A DNA stretch of 64,000 nt, taken from contig CAJUFI010000001.1 in assembly GCA_910585665.1 (NCBI GenBank), forward strand, positions 16,680 through 80,679, given 5' to 3'. Source of the stretch: an uncultured Acetatifactor sp. (GTDB lineage Bacteria; Bacillota; Clostridia; Lachnospirales; Lachnospiraceae). This document shows, piece after piece, positions 58,741-64,000 of the stretch (its first letter is position 1; every line of letters starts with the position of its first letter). The notes below the pieces were generated by a model that ran no database searches, had not been told where the DNA came from, and saw only the letters and a list, made by a program, of their open reading frames with translations. The translations under genes were made by a program, and so were the position numbers.

Positions 58741-58781
58741 AAAAAAGCAGCCAGCCCTAAAAAAGCACGGACTGACTGCTT
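58741..58781 (-). terminator. Intrinsic terminator
   Basis: AAGCAGTCAGTCC...GGGCTGGCTGC followed by T6. Confidence 0.7.
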
Positions 58782-58820
58782 GCCGACTGCACACGCGTTG
58801 CCGGAAATCCTCTTTTCGCT

Positions 58821-58930
58821 GGGAACTGTCATAACTGATGCAATAACTGATGCAGCTTGTTTAGGAAAAAGCCCGGCAATACAAGGAAAATGGCTATAAA
58901 CCTCGCTTCAGTTATTTGTAGACAATTCCT
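58821..58930 (-). repeat. Palindromic intergenic element, copy B
   Basis: AGGAATTGTCTACAAATAACTGAAGC...GCATCAGTTAT (duplicated)...GACAGTTCCC; central TTGTATTGCCGGGCTTTTTCCTAAACAA shared with copy A. Confidence 0.8.
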
Positions 58931-59000
58931 GTTATACTACAGACCGCCTTTATCGGCGTTCTGTAGTGGGGATTCGCGGCATTTTTTACTGGCGTGCAGC

Positions 59001-59924
59001 TTAGTTTGCGGCGGTCACGGAAGTGATATGGGGATTGACGCCCTCGTACCAGTACAGGAAGCCTTCCATATCAATCTTGTCGCCTACATTCAGGGCCTTT
59101 ACCGCGGCATAGACATCCGTGGTATTGTCGCACAGATAGGACTCTACCGTAAAGGTATAGGTCTGGCCGTCCAGGGAAACGTTGAAATAAAGGTCGTCCC
59201 CGTCCTGGCCGGAACCGTCATATTTGTACAGGAACGCCACGTCATTGCCGTCGTCGTCCTGCCCCGCAGCTTCTACAGTCATGCCCTTGAAGGACACGAA
59301 TTTATTCTGATGCTTGATCAAATCGTCTGTTCCGAGAAGGGATGTGACATCTTCGGCTTCCGCTATGTAGCTGCCATCCATGATTTCAAAGGTGCCGCCC
59401 TCGGCAACTTCCACTTCCCCTGACCACTCGGTCTTGTAGCCTGTCACTTTGATTTTGGTTCCGGGAGTCAGCTTCGCATAGTCCTCCTCGGAACAGGTCA
59501 GATTGTACAGGAAATAGCCGCCGTCCTTGTCCTGGGTGTATACGGTGGCCTTGTCTTCCCACCAGGCCTGTTTTGCCTGTACATAGGTCTCGATTACCAC
59601 TTCGGAGTCCAGCGCCGCAGCCATATACTCGTCATATGTCATGACGCCTTCGGACTTAGCGTCCTCGGAGCCCTCTCCCTCGGTGCTTTCGGACTCAGCG
59701 TCTGAGGAATCCTCTCCCTCAGCATCCTCGGATTCGGCGTCCGCAGAATCATCAGCGCCCTCGGACTCTGCATCTGCTGAACCGTCTTCCACGGTGCTCT
59801 CAGACTCAGCGGAATCGTCCACAACGTTCCCGGAATTTGCATCCGAAGAACTGTCTCCCTCCGTGCCGCAGCCTGTAAAGGCCAGCATAAGCACTCCTGT
59901 CAGCAACAAAAATTTACTTCTCAT
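59001..59924 (-). CDS. Hypothetical lipoprotein with acidic Ser/Asp/Glu linker
   Basis: Lipobox LAFTGC; GAGGAG RBS; promoter TTGATT-16-TATAAT at 60053-60080. Confidence 0.82.
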   Translation of the reverse strand: MRSKFLLLTGVLMLAFTGCGTEGDSSSDANSGNVVDDSAESESTVEDGSADAESEGADDSADAESEDAEGEDSSDAESESTEGEGSEDAKSEGVMTYDEYMAAALDSEVVIETYVQAKQAWWEDKATVYTQDKDGGYFLYNLTCSEEDYAKLTPGTKIKVTGYKTEWSGEVEVAEGGTFEIMDGSYIAEAEDVTSLLGTDDLIKHQNKFVSFKGMTVEAAGQDDDGNDVAFLYKYDGSGQDGDDLYFNVSLDGQTYTFTVESYLCDNTTDVYAAVKALNVGDKIDMEGFLYWYEGVNPHITSVTAAN

Positions 59925-60121
59925 AGTATCCTCCTCTTTCAATGACCCCGGGGGCCATTTCTTGTTTCGCAGCAGAATGCGCAGTGCCCATTCTGTCGCG
60001 TGATGTCAGCGGAATGACAGATTCTGCTTTCCGTTGTCCTACATCGAGAATAATTATACAGCAATTTTCTGATAAATCAATAGTCATTTTCTATAATCCG
60101 AAGGCCATAATCCGTAAAATA

Positions 60122-61828
60122 TTATTCGGAAGATACATTTTCAGACCGAAAACGGAAACCTACATACAGGGCGATCAGCACCCAGGCACAGGCGAGAGAT
60201 GCCAGAAGCGCCACCGCAGTCCCGGGAAGGGGTCCTAAGTCCGCCTTGCCGATGCTCATCGCCCCGCCCTGGGATGACAGCTGATCCAGGTGGTACTGGG
60301 ACTGGACGTCCTCGTAGAGCTCCCGGTAAAAGGCATCGTCCACTTGCTGGGAACGCCTGACGGAAATCACGGTCTTCTCTATCAGCTGGCCCGCGGCGTC
60401 CCGCAGAGAGGCCGAACCGTTGAACACCGGGGTGACAAAGGTGTCGTCCACGTTTTCCAGCAACAGATTCGCCGCCTTGATCTTGACGTCATAGTGCACG
60501 TCATTGTCCTCGCCGCATCTGGACAGATAGTCCTGGTATTCCGGGGACTGCTGGGCCTTGGAGGTCACGGGCACGTACCCTTCCGTCTCCGAATAGGCAA
60601 TCTGGACGTCATTGGTCAGCAGATACTGGGCGAACAGCCAGGAAGCCAGGACTTCCTGGGGATCCTTTTTGTTAAAGATGCAGACGGAGGGGCCCTGGGA
60701 TATCATCCGGGGTGCCGAGGGGTCGAACTGGGGGATCGTCATTACCGCTGTCTCGAATTCCACCAGCTTGTCCTCGCTGATGTCCAGAAGCGGCGCATGG
60801 GTGCCCATCCAGGTAGCCCCGGCCGTGGAGTCCACCGCGAAGATGCACTGGCCTGCGTTCAGGAAGTTGGCGGGATAGCTGGAAATCTTGAAGGTGGAGA
60901 AGGCCCTGCTTTCCGCATGGAGCGCTATGGTCTCCAGCAGCTCTTTTGTGGTGTCGGAAAAAAGCAGGATCTCCCCCTCTTCCGTGGAGTATCCGGCGCC
61001 CTTCTGCCGCAGCATCTGTATCATCATATTGTCAGTGGACTTGTAGAGGAAGGGAATCATCACTTTCTGGCCGTTCACCAGATAATTGCCCTCCTGGTCC
61101 TGGGCCATGGCGGCCTCTGAGACCTCCCAGACGAAATCCCAGGTCAGGGCCTCTGGCAGAGTGAATCCCAGCTTCTCCACATAAGTCTTGTTGATATAGC
61201 AGCATTCCGTGGAACGCATGTAGGGGATAGCGTAATAATGGCCGCCGAAAGCGCATTCCTCCAGGAACTGCGGGATAATCTCCTCTTTCCGGGGGGCATC
61301 GTACAAAACCTCGCTGCCGCCAAGGCCGTATGCCCCATCGTCGAACAGCTCTTCCAGCGGAACCACCTGGTTCTCGCCGGTGAGGTAGGTGGCGATGTGA
61401 TCCGGGTAGGTGATGCAGACATTGGGCGTGGTGTTGGTGGCAATGTTTGTTATCACATCGTTATATATTTTACCATAATCCGTATACAGGCGCAGATTTA
61501 CCGTGATGTTGGGATACAGATTCTCAAAATCCGTGATGGCCTGTTGGTAGATGACGGTCTGGGCCTTGTTGGTGTCGTTCTTGGCCCAGAAGGTGATTTC
61601 ATGCTCTATGGAAGTGTCGAATTCCTCCGGCATGGCAAAGGCGTTCATGCCCTTGGAGCCATGGCAGCCGGTGAGCGCCAGCGCGCTCCCTGTCAGCACG
61701 GCAAATGCCGCCAGGCGGGACATGATTCTATGGTAAATCGTTTTTCTATACAATCCCTGAGCCGGTAACGGCCTGCCGATGCCGCATAGCGCCTGAACCA
61801 GCTTCCTGATACTGCCGCATTTTTTCAT
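60122..61828 (-). CDS. Extracellular solute-binding protein of a CUT1 ABC importer (start uncertain)
   Basis: Lipobox LALTGC, ITFW, YAIPYMRSTE, QGP, TEGYVP; C-terminal hydrophobic helix. Confidence 0.85.
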   Translation of the reverse strand: MKKCGSIRKLVQALCGIGRPLPAQGLYRKTIYHRIMSRLAAFAVLTGSALALTGCHGSKGMNAFAMPEEFDTSIEHEITFWAKNDTNKAQTVIYQQAITDFENLYPNITVNLRLYTDYGKIYNDVITNIATNTTPNVCITYPDHIATYLTGENQVVPLEELFDDGAYGLGGSEVLYDAPRKEEIIPQFLEECAFGGHYYAIPYMRSTECCYINKTYVEKLGFTLPEALTWDFVWEVSEAAMAQDQEGNYLVNGQKVMIPFLYKSTDNMMIQMLRQKGAGYSTEEGEILLFSDTTKELLETIALHAESRAFSTFKISSYPANFLNAGQCIFAVDSTAGATWMGTHAPLLDISEDKLVEFETAVMTIPQFDPSAPRMISQGPSVCIFNKKDPQEVLASWLFAQYLLTNDVQIAYSETEGYVPVTSKAQQSPEYQDYLSRCGEDNDVHYDVKIKAANLLLENVDDTFVTPVFNGSASLRDAAGQLIEKTVISVRRSQQVDDAFYRELYEDVQSQYHLDQLSSQGGAMSIGKADLGPLPGTAVALLASLACAWVLIALYVGFRFRSENVSSE

Positions 61829-61958
61829 CCTTTCGTCCCTCCTCGCAAAACCCCGGCCATGACTTGCACCACAAAGACATCCTGTTCCCTGGAGCCGTGG
61901 CAGCCGATTGGCGCCAGTGCGCTCTCTGCCGGCCGGAGGATTGTTCTATCACACTTTC

Positions 61959-62873
61959 TCATCCCTTCGTACCTCCTCGTGAAACCCCGGCCATGATTTT
62001 CTTGTGGAATATCAGAAACAGCACAATCAAAGGAAGCGAAATCACTACTACCGCTGCCATCATGGCCGGGATGTTCTCACGCCCGAAGCCGTTCTCCCGG
62101 ATTTCCTGGATGCCGTTGGAGACCAGGTAGTAGTTCTCGTCGTCCGTGATCAGCCTGGGCCACACGTAGGAATTCCAGCATTCGATCACCTTCAGGATCG
62201 TGACGGTGATCAGCGTGGGCCTGGAGATGGGCACCAGTACCTTGAGCAGATATTTCATATCCGAGGTGCCGTCCACCTTGGCCGCTTTGTACAGGCTGTC
62301 CGGCACCTGTTCGAAATTCTCCTTCAGCAGATAGATATAGAAGACGGAGGTGACGGAGGGCAGAATCAGCCCCTGGAACGTGTTCCGCATTCCTAAGTTG
62401 GTGATGGTGACGAAATTCGTGATGATCACCAGCTCATTGGGAATCATCATCAGCGACAGGAACAGGAGGAACGCGATATTCCTGCCCCGAAACTCCAGCC
62501 TGGCAAACGCGAAGGCGGCAAGGGTGATCACCACCACCATGATGGCTGTGGTCAGGACGGTGAATACGATTGTGTTCACGAAATACCGTCCAAGAGGTAC
62601 CGATGTAAAGGCATCCACGTAATTCTGCAGCGTCGGCGACAGGGTGAAGAATTGCGGGATATATTCCGAGTTGTAGGCGCTGTAGCTTTTCACGGAGGTG
62701 AGCACCATCCAGTAAAAGGGGAACAGCACGATGACCGCCCAGAGCGCCAGAAGGACGTAGGTGACTGCGCTCAGCACTTTTCTGCGGGTTCTGGCGGATT
62801 GCTCCATTTTCGCATAGTTGACGGAAGGCCCCTCTCCTACGCTGGCATATTGTTTTGACGCATCTTTTTCCAT
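61959..62873 (-). CDS. Carbohydrate ABC permease (MalG/UgpE-like)
   Basis: PFYWMVLTSVK, AAFAFARLEFRG, EAA-like loop KAAKVDG, WNSYVWP. Confidence 0.92.
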   Translation of the reverse strand: MEKDASKQYASVGEGPSVNYAKMEQSARTRRKVLSAVTYVLLALWAVIVLFPFYWMVLTSVKSYSAYNSEYIPQFFTLSPTLQNYVDAFTSVPLGRYFVNTIVFTVLTTAIMVVVITLAAFAFARLEFRGRNIAFLLFLSLMMIPNELVIITNFVTITNLGMRNTFQGLILPSVTSVFYIYLLKENFEQVPDSLYKAAKVDGTSDMKYLLKVLVPISRPTLITVTILKVIECWNSYVWPRLITDDENYYLVSNGIQEIRENGFGRENIPAMMAAVVVISLPLIVLFLIFHKKIMAGVSRGGTKG

Positions 62874-62930
62874 ATTGTCATTGACCTCCATGTACAGTGG
62901 CGCAAGTGTTTGATTTTGGCTTAATCTGGC

Positions 62931-63854
62931 TTAATAATGTACGTTCTTCTTGCTGATCAGCAGATTGATACAGGTAATCGTCAGCACGATGGCGAACAGA
63001 ATGATGGCCGCCGCGGACGCATAGGACGGATAGCCGCCGCTGTCGCCGTACAGCATGTCATAGACATAGCCCACTATCGTGTTCATCCCCGCCGCGTTCA
63101 GGTTCGTGCCGAACAGCGCCACGGCATCGCTGTACGCCTTAAAGGCCCCGATGAAGCCAGTGATGACCAGATAGAAGATCATCGGCGAAATCATCGGCAG
63201 TGTGATGCGCCGGAAAATCCGGAATTTCGAGGTGCCGTCCACTCTGGCCGCATTGTAATAATCCTGGTTCACAGAGGACAGGGCGCTGGTCAGGATCAGG
63301 ATCTTGAAGGGCATGACGACCCAGATGGTATAAAAGCACAGCACGAACATTTTCGCCCAGTAGGGACCGGCGATGAAGTCCACGGATTCCCCGCCGAACC
63401 ACTGGATGAGCAGATTGACCAGGCCGTCCGAATACTCTGTCTTCTTGAACAGAATCATGAACACCAGCCCCACTGCCAGGGTATTCGTCACATAGGGCAA
63501 GAAATATATGGTCTGTAGTAAATTTCGTAACGGTGTAATGGAATTCAGCCCCACGGAGATCAACAGGGCAATCCCTGTGGACAGCGGTACCGTGATGATG
63601 ACCAGCAGAAATGTATTCTTCACGGCCTGCAGAAAATAGGGGTCGTGAAGGACATAGGAATAATTGTATGTTCCGGTGCCGAAGTAGGTCTGGGAGGCGG
63701 AATTGTATCCCTCCTCAAATGAATAGACAAATACGTCAATCAACGGGTATACCATAAAAAAACCCAGAAAAAGAATCGCCGGAAGCAGGTACAGCCAGCC
63801 TTTCAGGCTGCCGAAATCCAATTTGCGCGAGATGGGCTTCTTCCCCTTCTCCAT
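62931..63854 (-). CDS. Carbohydrate ABC permease (MalF/UgpA-like)
   Basis: YLLPA, YFLPYVT, NAARVDG, ITLPMISP. Confidence 0.92.
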   Translation of the reverse strand: MEKGKKPISRKLDFGSLKGWLYLLPAILFLGFFMVYPLIDVFVYSFEEGYNSASQTYFGTGTYNYSYVLHDPYFLQAVKNTFLLVIITVPLSTGIALLISVGLNSITPLRNLLQTIYFLPYVTNTLAVGLVFMILFKKTEYSDGLVNLLIQWFGGESVDFIAGPYWAKMFVLCFYTIWVVMPFKILILTSALSSVNQDYYNAARVDGTSKFRIFRRITLPMISPMIFYLVITGFIGAFKAYSDAVALFGTNLNAAGMNTIVGYVYDMLYGDSGGYPSYASAAAIILFAIVLTITCINLLISKKNVHY

Positions 63855-63884
63855 GTGTGTGCACCTCCACTTCTATCTTGCGAA

Positions 63885-64000
63885 TCAAAAAGCAATCCGC
63901 TTCTCTGTTTTTTTGTCAAACAGGAATACTTTTCGGGGTTTTAGGGCGAATCTCACGGTCAGGGCTTCCGGGGATGCGTCCGCCATGTCCTCCGCGTTGA
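63885..64000 (-). CDS. C-terminus of MalK-like ABC ATPase (truncated by window edge)
   Basis: Manual translation ...TVRFALKPRKVFLFDKKTEKRIAF*; sits upstream of the permeases. Confidence 0.65.
   Translation of the reverse strand, partial: NAEDMADASPEALTVRFALKPRKVFLFDKKTEKRIAF

Noticed and set aside
872..63518. Many long + strand ORFs antisense to genes (e.g. 49618-51504, 52349-53941, 55267-56892, 22013-23428, 12129-13601)
   Set aside because: Shadow ORFs expected from high-GC codon bias; no recognisable motifs, and they overlap well-supported genes

Overview
High-GC chromosomal window from a Lachnospiraceae-like firmicute (inferred from gene content and order), almost all genes on the - strand. 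About 1-40.6 kb is housekeeping: a partial MATE gene, a his operon (hisZ-hisG-hisD-hisB and a HisF-like/HisIE fusion), recU, two pseudouridine synthases, ylbJ, an amidase, coaD, rsmD, a parE/parC-like pair interrupted by a GNAT gene, degV, recG, fakA, asp23, rpmB, ytfJ/ytfI, pbp/ftsW, a U32 protein, zapA, two D,D-carboxypeptidases, scpAB and rpsU. About 40.7-64 kb is more accessory: a response regulator-ABC-histidine kinase module, tldD/tldE, a GH172 hydrolase, an ABC-DUF1854-ABC operon with N-terminal Zn-ribbon extensions, a divergent ABC pair, an acidic lipoprotein and a CUT1 sugar-type ABC importer. The main unannotated signals are: (i) a 25-aa KKPPG leader peptide plus terminator forming a probable attenuator ahead of the ABC-DUF1854-ABC operon; (ii) a ~105-bp palindromic intergenic element present as two full copies and one half copy, with compensatory stem changes, the half copy abutting the inserted GNAT gene; (iii) a 7 x 36/37-bp hairpin array between tldD and tldE; (iv) a 46-aa membrane microprotein missed by the ORF track; (v) LexA, HisR-like and sigma-E-like sites. 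No CRISPR array, tRNA, rRNA or transposase was seen. All product calls come from motif recognition by eye, not database searches.
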